Virus record (IMG/VR): IMGVR_UViG_3300007516_000015
Location: 4,136 to 68,135 of that record
Source of the DNA: a virus
Direction: 5' to 3' (one strand)
Length of the DNA stretch: 64,000 bases
Made by a program: the position numbers and the translations under genes. Below are positions 21,354 through 32,400 of this stretch, piece by piece (position 1 is the first letter of the stretch; the number at the start of each line of letters is the position of its first letter). A model generated the notes under the pieces. That model ran no database searches. It saw only the letters and a program-made list of their open reading frames with translations, and was not told where the DNA came from.

Positions 21354-22277
21354 ATGGCAACAGGAACATACGGAATAATTAGACCAGCGGATATAACACC
21401 AGAAGATGTGGAAATTTTTTATCATTTCACACCTTCTAGAGATAAAATAGGAAATACTTCGTTGATTAAATTAAATTCAAATGAAGTATTATTCAAAATG
21501 GATAACCCCAATAAAACACAGTCTAATATAACTGGACCAGAATTATTTGGTGGGATGTATACTTTAAAATTACCAGTGGCCAATTTTGGGACAAAAGGGT
21601 TTTATACGATAATAATAAAACCAATAGAGATTAGAACCAAGATTGTTGATGTTGGTGTTTTATCGGCATTTCCAGATACAAACGGGCTTTTATTTGATTT
21701 AACTTTAATTCCTCAAAACCTTTTATCAAGATTTGAAAATAATGGTTTAGTTGGTTATAGAGTTGAATATTTAAATACAACATCATCAGCACCAGATGCC
21801 AAGATAAACAATTTTTTCAGGGTTATAACATCAAATAATAGGGCCGAACCAGTGAATCAGAATTTAACAAATAGTAATCAAAAAGCTATTCGTTACAGGT
21901 TCAATGATAACTCATCGCTATCTTTTTGTACTGTTTCTCCGTCTTCAGCGTCAAACGTAAAACCTAACGCTTTACCGTTTATTGGCCAACCAAATCAAGA
22001 AGTGATAATAACAAACACATTCTTCAATCCTTTCATGTTAGAGGTGGAGATGGTTCAACACGATATAGAAACTTTAGCTTTTGCTATGTTCGGAAACCAA
22101 ACAAAAAGTCTTGAAGATGGGATTTATACAATTTATAATTTCAACAACGATATTTATAAACAATACGATTTATACGAAATAAAAGATAGATTCAGCGGAA
22201 AACCTTTATTTGAAGTAAGACAACAAAGAACAGCAATTGATTTTAATAAAACATTTACAGCAGTAACAACAGTATAA
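21354..22277 (+). CDS. putative structural protein
   Basis: 307 aa beta-rich ORF in the tail operon. Confidence 0.6.
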   Translation: MATGTYGIIRPADITPEDVEIFYHFTPSRDKIGNTSLIKLNSNEVLFKMDNPNKTQSNITGPELFGGMYTLKLPVANFGTKGFYTIIIKPIEIRTKIVDVGVLSAFPDTNGLLFDLTLIPQNLLSRFENNGLVGYRVEYLNTTSSAPDAKINNFFRVITSNNRAEPVNQNLTNSNQKAIRYRFNDNSSLSFCTVSPSSASNVKPNALPFIGQPNQEVIITNTFFNPFMLEVEMVQHDIETLAFAMFGNQTKSLEDGIYTIYNFNNDIYKQYDLYEIKDRFSGKPLFEVRQQRTAIDFNKTFTAVTTV

Positions 22278-22283
22278 CATACA

Positions 22284-24959
22284 ATGAGTAGCAACAATAA
22301 GGTAAAGGTAGTAGGGTACGCACAAAAACTTTCTTTTAATAATGGTATAGAATATTCAAATTTCTCACCAGATTTAGTGGGGTTACAATTAGCGAGTAAT
22401 GGTGGCACACCATTATTTACTATGGGTAGTTTTTCTATTACAACCAACTTGGACCCTAAGTTGGATAAATACTACAATGTATCTAAGTTTTCAAATTTTA
22501 TTACCTTATCTGATTTAAACGTAAGTTTAAATGAAACAGCTACGTTGTTATCAGATAATGCTGGGGTTTATTTAAATTTAGATAAGCGAAAACTTGATTA
22601 TTATGCTTTATTTGGTTCTTTGAGCGAATATATAAGAGTTGCTTTGGAGGAAATAATAATAAATTGGCCAGCATCTTTATATATAACACCAAATGCTCAA
22701 ACAGCTGCTGGTCAAACATTCAATGGATATACAGTACGAGATTATACACATGATATTTTAACCAATACTTCTAAATTTAATCTAAATACCAATTTTATAT
22801 TAAATAAATTCGGGATAAACTATACAACGACTGGAAGTTTATTAAATACTTTTAATGAATCAAATCCTCTAAGGAATTTAACACAAAATTACGAATCTTA
22901 TGTTATTTTACATAACGGAACTGAATTCCCTATTGTTGGTTTTACTGCATCTACAAATAATATAAATGATTTTATTTATTTACAAGTAGATGGAGACCCA
23001 TTTTCTGGTACTCAAGTAGATTTATATGTTAATTACCATATTAAACCAAACAAACTTAAAGAAGAACAGTTTTTTAATACATTACCAGATTTTCAAGCTT
23101 ACTTATTGAATAGGCAAATAATACCTAGATATACAGCTACGTTTAATTATCCGATTAAATCAGATAGTGGTATTATTTTATATATTTCAACTAATTTAAC
23201 TTGGCCAGTATCTGATGGTTATAATATAGACTTCGACACTACAGAATACATTGATTATGCTTTTTCATTATCTGAACTTGCTGATTCAAACGACAATAAT
23301 TCAAGTAAATTAATGAATAGATTCTTGGTTTCTGAATCAATATCGTCATTTGATACAATTCCAATACATTTATCTGATTTACATCAAGATACCTCTGGTG
23401 GTAAAGTTAATAAAACACTACAAATTTATGGTGTTGAATTTGATGAGATTAATCGATATATAACAGGTATTAAATTTGCCAACACAGTAACTTACAATAA
23501 ACAAGATAACACCCCAGATATCTATTTAAAAAATATTGCTAGGGTGATGGGTTGGGAGTTAGTTTCATCAGTTTTAGAGAACGATTTATTAGCTAATTAC
23601 GTTACTTCAGCTCCATCCACATATTCTGGCTACACAGTAGGGTTAACACCTGTTGAAGCAGATGTTGAACTATGGAGACGAATAATACTTAACAGTCCTT
23701 GGTTATGGAAATCAAAAGGTGCTAGAAAATCTATTGAGTTTTTACTTAAATTTATAGGTGCCCCTCAAGGTCTTGTTAATTTTAATGAATATATTTATAA
23801 AGCTGAAGCACCTATTGATATTGAGTTATTTAAACAAATATTGGTGTTAAATGGTTTAGAAGATGATATTTCAATTTACCCAATTGATGAAGAAGGTTAT
23901 CCAAGACCTTTACCGAATACACCAGATATGTATTTCCAAAACAACGGTTTATGGTATCGTGAAACTGGTGGTTCTGGTTCTACTGTAGATATTTTAGTTG
24001 GAAACAACCCACATGTTGGTCCTTACGATAAAGGATTTAAATATATTAATCAGTTTAATAAACTTATCCCGAATTTCTCAGCGGTTACAGTTAGTTCAAT
24101 AACTACAACCATCAACACGACTAATTTATATACGAATTATGATTTAGGTAGTTTTAATGAAGGGGTATCGACTGAAACAATAGTTGATACTGTTGAAATT
24201 TTAAGTGATAGTGGTGAAAATTTTAGTGATTGTGTGGTGTTTATACCATCAATTGAATTGGACCCTAACCCATCTCTAGTTTTAAATGATTGTGGTTGTG
24301 AAACACCAACCAGTGATAATATTTTAAGTCTTTGTGTTCAAACAAATTCTGGTCAAAATATACCAGAACCACAACAATGTGATGATTTAGCGATACCCCC
24401 CACACCAAACACTTTTGATAGTGGAATGTACACTTTTAGTTATTTTCAATATAACCAAGATGGTTCTATTTTTACAGCCTCAAATTCATCACCTATGATA
24501 AATAAAACAATATATGGAAATCCAGAATGTTGTAAATTGGTTAACGGAATACCTTTTCTTTATGATGATATAGAAGATGGTGTTCTAATAAATTCAGGTT
24601 ATATTTGTTGTGATACAACAGCTAATCGATGTGGGTGTGTAATTGCTTGTAATTGGGTAAATTCACTAAACCCGATTTACTTACCAGAATTATCAGATAC
24701 ATTTAGTGGACCACAAGAACAATATTTACAATTTACCAAAGAAAATGGTTCAATGGCTGTTGTAACACCAGATGGTTGTAACTGTGTTAGTGATTACACA
24801 GTTTCAGTTCCTAACGTTCTTGACCCGTTTACAGGTCAAATAGGTGTAGGTTGTCAGTTAACACAGTTAGGTATTCTTGCGTTGATAAATGGTAATGGAA
24901 ATGCGTTATCAACAATCTATACGAATAGAAGTCTTGGTATATTATCATGTTTTGATTAA
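22284..24959 (+). CDS. putative baseplate wedge protein (gp7/P2 gpI-like segment) with Cys-rich C-terminus
   Basis: LKNIARVMGW...WRRIILN..WLWKSKGARKSIEFLL resembles the gpI/gp7 KGT motif region. Confidence 0.6.
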   Translation: MSSNNKVKVVGYAQKLSFNNGIEYSNFSPDLVGLQLASNGGTPLFTMGSFSITTNLDPKLDKYYNVSKFSNFITLSDLNVSLNETATLLSDNAGVYLNLDKRKLDYYALFGSLSEYIRVALEEIIINWPASLYITPNAQTAAGQTFNGYTVRDYTHDILTNTSKFNLNTNFILNKFGINYTTTGSLLNTFNESNPLRNLTQNYESYVILHNGTEFPIVGFTASTNNINDFIYLQVDGDPFSGTQVDLYVNYHIKPNKLKEEQFFNTLPDFQAYLLNRQIIPRYTATFNYPIKSDSGIILYISTNLTWPVSDGYNIDFDTTEYIDYAFSLSELADSNDNNSSKLMNRFLVSESISSFDTIPIHLSDLHQDTSGGKVNKTLQIYGVEFDEINRYITGIKFANTVTYNKQDNTPDIYLKNIARVMGWELVSSVLENDLLANYVTSAPSTYSGYTVGLTPVEADVELWRRIILNSPWLWKSKGARKSIEFLLKFIGAPQGLVNFNEYIYKAEAPIDIELFKQILVLNGLEDDISIYPIDEEGYPRPLPNTPDMYFQNNGLWYRETGGSGSTVDILVGNNPHVGPYDKGFKYINQFNKLIPNFSAVTVSSITTTINTTNLYTNYDLGSFNEGVSTETIVDTVEILSDSGENFSDCVVFIPSIELDPNPSLVLNDCGCETPTSDNILSLCVQTNSGQNIPEPQQCDDLAIPPTPNTFDSGMYTFSYFQYNQDGSIFTASNSSPMINKTIYGNPECCKLVNGIPFLYDDIEDGVLINSGYICCDTTANRCGCVIACNWVNSLNPIYLPELSDTFSGPQEQYLQFTKENGSMAVVTPDGCNCVSDYTVSVPNVLDPFTGQIGVGCQLTQLGILALINGNGNALSTIYTNRSLGILSCFD

Positions 24960-24988
24960 AAAAAGAATAAAAAAGATATTTAATAAAA

Positions 24989-27900
24989 ATGGCAACAGTA
25001 AATCAATGTTATAGTAGCTCAGATATTTCTACACTTGGTGGGGTGATAAACCAAAATCAAGATGGTAGTGTGTCTGTTTTCATACCAAATAATCAAGGTA
25101 ATTTAATCCCCGTTATTTTAACAAAACCTTGCTGTTTAGGGTTAAATAGTAGCTATACTTTTGATGTATTCAATCAGAAATGCCGTTGGTCAACATCAAC
25201 AACGAATTGTGGGCTCGATGATGTGTTTAAAATTATTTTAAACCCAGAGGGTAATGACGGAACAATATTTAATTTTAATAGTGATAAAGATTGTGTTTTA
25301 AATGTTGAATTTGATTTTCTTTTTAAAATAAAATGTGAAACACTAAACCAAATATTAATAGATGGTGCTAATTTAGATTATTCTAATATAGCACCAGAAT
25401 TAGTTAGTCAAATATCTGATTTACAAATAACTATAGAACAAAAAAATGTCGAGTGTCAAGGTATATCTAATCAAATAGTTTTATTGAACGAACAGATACT
25501 AAATTCAAGTTATTCAATAGCTTGTGATTTAGAGGATGAAACTAGTACACCACCAACTAGTGGTAAAGTAATTTCTTTTGGTGAAACTGGTTTTGGACTT
25601 ACAACAGACTTAGGAAGTGGTAAATTAGGTTCCAACACTACAGGTCGTTCTTCTGGTCTTATAACAAACGCTGGTTTATCAACAATATATTGTATTCAAG
25701 AACCAGATGGTTTATTAGCTTGGGCGAATATATTAGGACCTATAAATTATCAAAATTTTTTGAACGGTGACTTAGATTCATATAGTTGTTCTCAAGTACA
25801 AGAATTAGTATTGTTAAACACATCGGTTATAAATAACGGTGGTCAACCATTATTAATAATTTGTGAAACACCTTTAGGTGGTAAAACTAATTTAATTTCT
25901 CAATTGGATATTTTGTTAATTTCACAAATAAATTGTCAAACACAATTAGATGTTTTGATTTTTAATCTGGGTGTGTTACAAGATAATTTAAGTACTGAAT
26001 TATCAAATTCATGTATAAGACCTATCGACATGTTTGAATCATTGAATGTTTCAATGATTGTAGAAGTTTTAAGTGGGGCAACTTATGAAACAGTATATGA
26101 GGATGTAGACTTTTTTCCAGTGATAGGTTTTGGTTTATTATATAATTATTTATTCCAAAATGAGCCTAGTGGTTTTTATGTATGTGGTGATTCAAATTGT
26201 GTTCCCATGTTTTTAAATGCTGAAGGTCAAGAGCAAAGCAATACAAATATTTGTAATAATGTTGTAAATAGTCTTTATAATAGTTTATATGAAGAATCTA
26301 ATTTAAGTGGTGTGACAAATGGTTCCGCAATTTTCCCAACAACTATATCAAATAGTGCTTTCACCTCTACATGGTTACAATATCAAACAACGATAGAGGA
26401 TGAATCAATATTATCGTTATTAAATGATAATAAGATAAAAATAGGGTTAAAAATAAACAATACTTGTGGTGATATTTGTATTTTATTAGATAACATAAAA
26501 CTAAATAAAATTTGCACTACGGTAAAAGAACGAAAACTATTTGTAACATCATCACCTGGGTTTGAGTTAGATAAAATAAGAGATAATAAAAAATCTTGGG
26601 TTAGAAATGATACTTTGGTTAATAGAAATTTTGAAATTTTGAATGCTAATTCTTTTAACCCTATTAGACAAACAAATTATAACGTTGAAGACGATAGGTT
26701 AGTAATAAACACAAAAGAAATTGATTTAGATATTAGTTTAGCTTCAGCTATAGTTACAGATGTTTGGTGTTATTTAGTAGATAACCCTTGTTTATTAACT
26801 GGTTATACTTATTGTGACCCATGTTATCAATGTTCATATAAACAATTCCAAGATTTTGAATGTGTTGAGTTCCAAGATGACATACCTTATGAATTCCAAG
26901 ATGGGGATACAAATTTTGGTGGTGGTAATTTAGTTGTTTTTCAAAACTCAAATATTTGTCAATATATTAACACAATAAGCGCAACAACTTACGGTTCTTT
27001 TGATACAGCATACACAGGGTCTATTTCTTCTTCATATGGTATTTTAGGTACTTTATTTTATAAAAGCGGTTTAACTGGAAATCTACCATACACACAATAC
27101 TCTAGTGGTATCTCGGACTCAACTAATGTTATTGTTTCTGAAAATATTTTAGTTAATACAGGTACCCTTTGGGGTAATGGTAGGTTAAATAACGCTGGTA
27201 TTTGGGCGACAGCTGGGGCTGCAAACCCTAATTTACCAACAAATGAGTGGATTGGTTTTTCTAAATGTATTGAATTACCAACATCAGGTGTTTATTCAAT
27301 TGGTCTTGCAGCTGATAACAGGGTTAAGCTTAAGATTAATGGGGAGTTATTTTATTTTGCTAATGATGGTTTAATATCAACAAACTTTACTCACTGGAGA
27401 ATATTTGAAGTAACACTTAGCGGTGGAACAAACGTAATTGAAATGGAAGGTTATAATGATAACTCAAACGCATCGTTCGCTGCCGAGATTTATCAAGCAG
27501 ATATTAATACTTTAGCTGCTATGACTGGAACGACTCAATTATCAGGTGTTACGATATTTACAACAAGAGATTTCAGATATGAAACAAACGGAAATATACC
27601 TATTGAATTTGATTTGGGTGAAACTTCTGGTTATTCATGTCCAACAGGGTATTTCTTGAACACATGTGTTTTACCATATACTTGCGACCAAATAATATAT
27701 TCTGCTTGCCCACCAACAGTTTCAGTTAGTTGTTGTGGTGATAATCAAATAAAATTTGATAATCTATTATCTCAACCATTATCTGGTATAACAGTAATTG
27801 AAGATTTCGAATATTATATTTCTTCAGAATTAATCGATGCTAAAAATAGACAAACAATATCTTCTTACCCAACGCTTAGAGCACTGTATGAAAGATATAT

Positions 27901-29041
27901 GAACAGTTCAGCTTATTGCGGTACACAAAGCTCAGGATTTGACTATTTTTCAATGGATAAATTTGCTAATTTAGTTGGTGATTATTGGGTTGATATTATT
28001 GAACAAGTTATTCCATCTACAACAATTTGGGGTAGTGTTAAAATATATTCAAACAATATATTCGACCAACAAAAATTCAAATATAAAACTCACTCAACTT
28101 TATTGTGTGAAAACCCTTTCTTGGGTGTTTTAGTACCAAGCCCAATTAATTGGACCATTGGTCAAACACAATTTGTTGATGTTTCAATAACAAAACTACA
28201 AACACCTTTTGAAAACAATGTAAAAATTGTTTACGAATCACCAACAATATGTAACGAATTACATGTTGTACAAATGAACTTTGGTTCTGAATTTATTGGG
28301 ACTGTTAATGTTGTAGATTCAAACACTTATTTATGTGAAACACAAACATCAGTAATAACTGAGTGTTTCTTAACTGCATCAATATCATTAACTGGTTTTA
28401 GTGCGTCAGCAATTGTTATCGGAGCTAATGGCCCGATAAATTATCTTTGGAGCAACGGAGATACCAACCCAACAACTACATTTAGTAGTTTAGGTGTTTA
28501 TTCTTTAGAGGTTACAGACGATAGTTGTTGTTCTTACATAGTGTCGTTTGAAATTCCAACACTTAAAGCTTGTTGGTATTCATTACCTGATACTATTAGT
28601 TGGTTAGAAAATGGTTTCAATGTGTTTGGTGTACCAAGCTATATCTATACATTAGAGTCTATGGTTATTAACGGTACTGAACAAATGATTGGTACCCCAC
28701 CAAGTTATACGTTAACTAGTGATATTTTAAACACCTTCTCAACTCCAACTGGCCCATCATATACCAACTTTGTTGAGTTTTTAAACAACGCATTTGTTGA
28801 GTTAGGTTTGATAAATTACAGGGCCCAAATTTCATTATATAATACTGAAAACCCTTTTGATGACAACGAGTATAAAGGTTTCTATATAGTTAGACCAGAA
28901 GTAGATATCTTTAATTTGTATATTGGTGAAATTGGTAATGTCGATACTATATTTACTGAAAGTGGTTTAGGGAATTTCCCAGCTTATAGGTTTAGTAATT
29001 GTGCTGGAATAAGATTAACAAATGGAATCGTTAATGAATAA
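24989..29041 (+). CDS. large Cys-rich tail/baseplate protein with an inserted beta-sandwich domain and a PKD/SprB-like domain
   Basis: 1350 aa; NYLWSNG...GVYSLEVTD unit; shares a ~240-aa domain with ORF 33687. Confidence 0.65.
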   Translation: MATVNQCYSSSDISTLGGVINQNQDGSVSVFIPNNQGNLIPVILTKPCCLGLNSSYTFDVFNQKCRWSTSTTNCGLDDVFKIILNPEGNDGTIFNFNSDKDCVLNVEFDFLFKIKCETLNQILIDGANLDYSNIAPELVSQISDLQITIEQKNVECQGISNQIVLLNEQILNSSYSIACDLEDETSTPPTSGKVISFGETGFGLTTDLGSGKLGSNTTGRSSGLITNAGLSTIYCIQEPDGLLAWANILGPINYQNFLNGDLDSYSCSQVQELVLLNTSVINNGGQPLLIICETPLGGKTNLISQLDILLISQINCQTQLDVLIFNLGVLQDNLSTELSNSCIRPIDMFESLNVSMIVEVLSGATYETVYEDVDFFPVIGFGLLYNYLFQNEPSGFYVCGDSNCVPMFLNAEGQEQSNTNICNNVVNSLYNSLYEESNLSGVTNGSAIFPTTISNSAFTSTWLQYQTTIEDESILSLLNDNKIKIGLKINNTCGDICILLDNIKLNKICTTVKERKLFVTSSPGFELDKIRDNKKSWVRNDTLVNRNFEILNANSFNPIRQTNYNVEDDRLVINTKEIDLDISLASAIVTDVWCYLVDNPCLLTGYTYCDPCYQCSYKQFQDFECVEFQDDIPYEFQDGDTNFGGGNLVVFQNSNICQYINTISATTYGSFDTAYTGSISSSYGILGTLFYKSGLTGNLPYTQYSSGISDSTNVIVSENILVNTGTLWGNGRLNNAGIWATAGAANPNLPTNEWIGFSKCIELPTSGVYSIGLAADNRVKLKINGELFYFANDGLISTNFTHWRIFEVTLSGGTNVIEMEGYNDNSNASFAAEIYQADINTLAAMTGTTQLSGVTIFTTRDFRYETNGNIPIEFDLGETSGYSCPTGYFLNTCVLPYTCDQIIYSACPPTVSVSCCGDNQIKFDNLLSQPLSGITVIEDFEYYISSELIDAKNRQTISSYPTLRALYERYMNSSAYCGTQSSGFDYFSMDKFANLVGDYWVDIIEQVIPSTTIWGSVKIYSNNIFDQQKFKYKTHSTLLCENPFLGVLVPSPINWTIGQTQFVDVSITKLQTPFENNVKIVYESPTICNELHVVQMNFGSEFIGTVNVVDSNTYLCETQTSVITECFLTASISLTGFSASAIVIGANGPINYLWSNGDTNPTTTFSSLGVYSLEVTDDSCCSYIVSFEIPTLKACWYSLPDTISWLENGFNVFGVPSYIYTLESMVINGTEQMIGTPPSYTLTSDILNTFSTPTGPSYTNFVEFLNNAFVELGLINYRAQISLYNTENPFDDNEYKGFYIVRPEVDIFNLYIGEIGNVDTIFTESGLGNFPAYRFSNCAGIRLTNGIVNE
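26954..27667 (+). repeat. copy 1 of a duplicated ~240-aa domain
   Basis: Colinear with 33873-34604; 34-nt exact match 27424-27457 = 34361-34394. Confidence 0.9.
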
Positions 29042-29385
29042 TGGAAAAGATAATTAGAAAAAACAGAGAACGAGAGAATAGAGGTGTTTTAAAAGATTTT
29101 TTTGATTTACCGATTTCAATACAAAACGATTTTTTTGTCATCAAAAAAACTTTTCAGGAAGAATTTGGTGATAGCTTAAATCTATGTGTTTTTGGTAGTT
29201 TTTATTGGGGCTTTTGGGATGATTTATCAGATTATGATTTAAAAATTGATTACGTATTCAACAATTTTAAACCAGATTCAAGAATTGAAAAAATAAAAGA
29301 AATAAAAGAAAAACTAGCTGAAATACTAAATAAAAAAATTGATGTGTTAATAATGCGTGGTGATAACGGAATTTTAATTCCTTAG
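29041..29385 (+). CDS. minimal nucleotidyltransferase (Pol beta superfamily, MNT-like)
   Basis: VFGS..WG.....SDYDL...KIDVL signature in 114 aa. Confidence 0.8.
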   Translation: MEKIIRKNRERENRGVLKDFFDLPISIQNDFFVIKKTFQEEFGDSLNLCVFGSFYWGFWDDLSDYDLKIDYVFNNFKPDSRIEKIKEIKEKLAEILNKKIDVLIMRGDNGILIP

Positions 29386-29408
29386 CTATATTTATAAATA
29401 AAAAGAAA

Positions 29409-32400
29409 ATGATTTTAACTAGCAGAGAAATTTATTCAGGTGCAAGTCGTTACGACTTAATTCATATTGTTGTAACTGGAGATACAACTCAAAACCCAAG
29501 CGGTAGTTCTTTTGCTATCCCTATTGGTTTTATTATAGATTTAATACCACCAAACACTGGAACTACACTCCCAGATACTTATTGGGTATCAGGTTCTACT
29601 GGTGTTAATTCACTAAAAACAATAAATGATACATCGATAGATGCCACGGGTGATTATTCATTAGCCGAAGGTAGTAACACAACAGCGATTGGTATGTCAA
29701 GTCATGCTGAAGGTAATAGCACAACAGCGGGTGGTATCAACAGCCACGCTGAGGGTGATAGAACAACAGCTAGTGGTAACTCAAGTCATGCTGAAGGTAA
29801 TTTATCGGTAGCGATTGGTGATGCAAGCCATGCTGAAGGTTTTGCAACAAGAGCAAGCGGTGTTGGTAGCCATGCTCAAGGTTTTTCAACAATAGCTTCA
29901 GGTTCATCAAGTCATGCTGAAGGTACGAACACAAGAGCAATTGGAATTGCTAGTCATGCTGAAGGTAACCATACAATAGCGAGTGGTGACAATAGTCATG
30001 CTGAAGGTGATAGAACAATAGCTAGTGGTGATTACAGTCACTCTGAAGGTAGTAATACAGATGCTTTAGGTAGGGCAAGTCATACTGAAGGTGCCAACAC
30101 AATAGCTGGTGGTGATTATAGTCATGCTGGTGGTATTAGTTCTATTGCAAGTGGTAACACTAGTTTTGTACACGGTAGTGGTAGTACAGCTGTTGGTAAT
30201 GGAACTATTGTTTTGGGTGATAACATAATAGGAAACACCCCAAATACAACTTATGTTAATTTATTAAATATAAAGGAATTGGCTAGTGGTTCTAGTATAA
30301 TTAATTTGGGGTTAGATATAAATGGATATGTGGTAGTTGGCTCAAGTGGTGGTACCTCAACTGGTAGTACAACATTTAGTGGTGGTACTATTAATGGCCC
30401 AACTATTTTCACAAATGGTCTAACTGCAAACACATTTAGCGCGACAACATACTTAGGTTTGCCTCTGGATATAATGGTTACAGGTGGTACATATTCGGCT
30501 GGAACAGCCGTGTTTACTAACAATACAGGTGGTACCTTTGACGTTGCTGGATTTAGTACTGGTGGAACCTCATATTGGACATCTGGTTCAACTGGTAATT
30601 TCTCTTTGAAAACAATAAATGATACATCGGTAGATGCTACAGGTAATTATGCGTTAGCTGAAGGTCGCGCTACGTTAGCTTCTGGTCCTATTAGTCATGC
30701 TGAAGGTAATAGTACACTAGCTTCTGGTCAATCAAGTCATGCTGAAGGTCAAGAAACAACAGCTAGTGGTTTAGCAAGTCACGCTGAAGGTGGTAACACA
30801 ACAGCTATTGGTGTTACAAGTCACGCTGAAGGTCAGCTAACTATAGCCCAAGGTGATGGAAGTCATGCTGAAGGTAGTGGTACAACAGCGAGTGGTAATT
30901 TTAGTCATGCTGAAGGTAATTTTACAGTAGCCTCTGGGACAAGTAGTCATGCTGAAGGTCTTAACACAAGAGCTGGTGGTATAAGAAGCCATGCTGAAGG
31001 TAATAGTACAACAGCTAGTGGTATTAATAGCCACGCAGAAGGTGGTGGTTCAATAGCCTCTAATTTTAACTCCCACGCTGAAGGTGGCGACACGACAGCG
31101 AGTGGTATAGCAAGTCATACCGAAGGTGTTTTTACAGTAGCGTCTGGGATAAATAGTCATGCTGAAGGTTCGGGTACAACAGCTAGTAGTTTTCAATCAC
31201 ATGCTGGTGGTTGGGGGTCAATTGCTTCAGGGACAAATAGTTTCGTCCATGGAAGTGGTTCAACGGCTAGTGGTGATAATAGTTTTGCGGAAGGTAATAC
31301 TACAACAGCTAGTGGTATTAATAGTCATGCAGAAGGTCAACTAACTATAGCGACTGGCACCACAAGTCATGCGGAAGGGCTTTTAACACTAGCAACTAAT
31401 CAAGCAAGCCACGCTGAAGGTACAGCAACAACATCTAGTGGGCAATCAAGCCACTCTGAAGGTCAATCTACAACAGCAAGTGGTAATTTTTCACACGCTG
31501 AAGGTAATTTGAGTATAGCTAGTGGTACGTCAAGCCATGCAGAAGGTAATAGAACAGTAGCTTCTGGGTTAAGAAGTCACTCTGAGGGACAACAATCAAC
31601 AGCGAGTGGTTTAATAGCCCACGCTGAAGGTTTTACAACAACAGCAAGTGGTGATTACAGTCACTCTGAAGGTGGTTTTACATTAGCTTTTGGTCCTTTT
31701 AGTCATGCTGAAGGTAGTAGCACAACAGCAAGTGGTGACAATAGTCACGCTGAAGGTGATGGTACTATAGCTAGTGGTAATTACAGTCATACTGAAGGTT
31801 TTTCAACAATAGCGAGTGGTAATACATCTCATGCTGAAGGTAATACTACAACAGCGGGTGGTGATTTTAGTCATGCTGAAGGTAATTTTACAGTAGCTTC
31901 AGGTGCGTCAAGTCATGCTGAAGGTCAAGAATCAACAGCTAGTGGTCCTTTCAGCCATGCTGAAGGTGCTAACACAACAGCAAATGCTCAAGCAAGTCAT
32001 GCTGAAGGTCAAGTCACGGTAGCTAGTGGCGATTACAGTCATGCTGAAGGTAATTTTACAGTAGCCTCTGGGACAAGTAGTCATGCTGAAGGTCTTAATA
32101 CAATAGCAGGTGGTATAAGAAGTCATGCTGAAGGTACTAGTACAACAGCTAGTGGTACTAATAGCCACACAGAAGGTAGTGGTACAACAGCTAGTGGTAT
32201 ATCAAGTCATGCCCAAGGTAACCATACAATAGCTTCTGGTAATTTTAGTCACGCTGAAGGTCAATCTACTATAGCAAATGGTGATTTTACCCACGCTGAA
32301 GGTAATGCTACAATAGCTAGTGGTAACTTTAGTCATGCTGAAGGTAGTGGTACAACAGCGAGTGGTAACTCAAGTCATGCTGAAGGTAATTTATCGGTAG

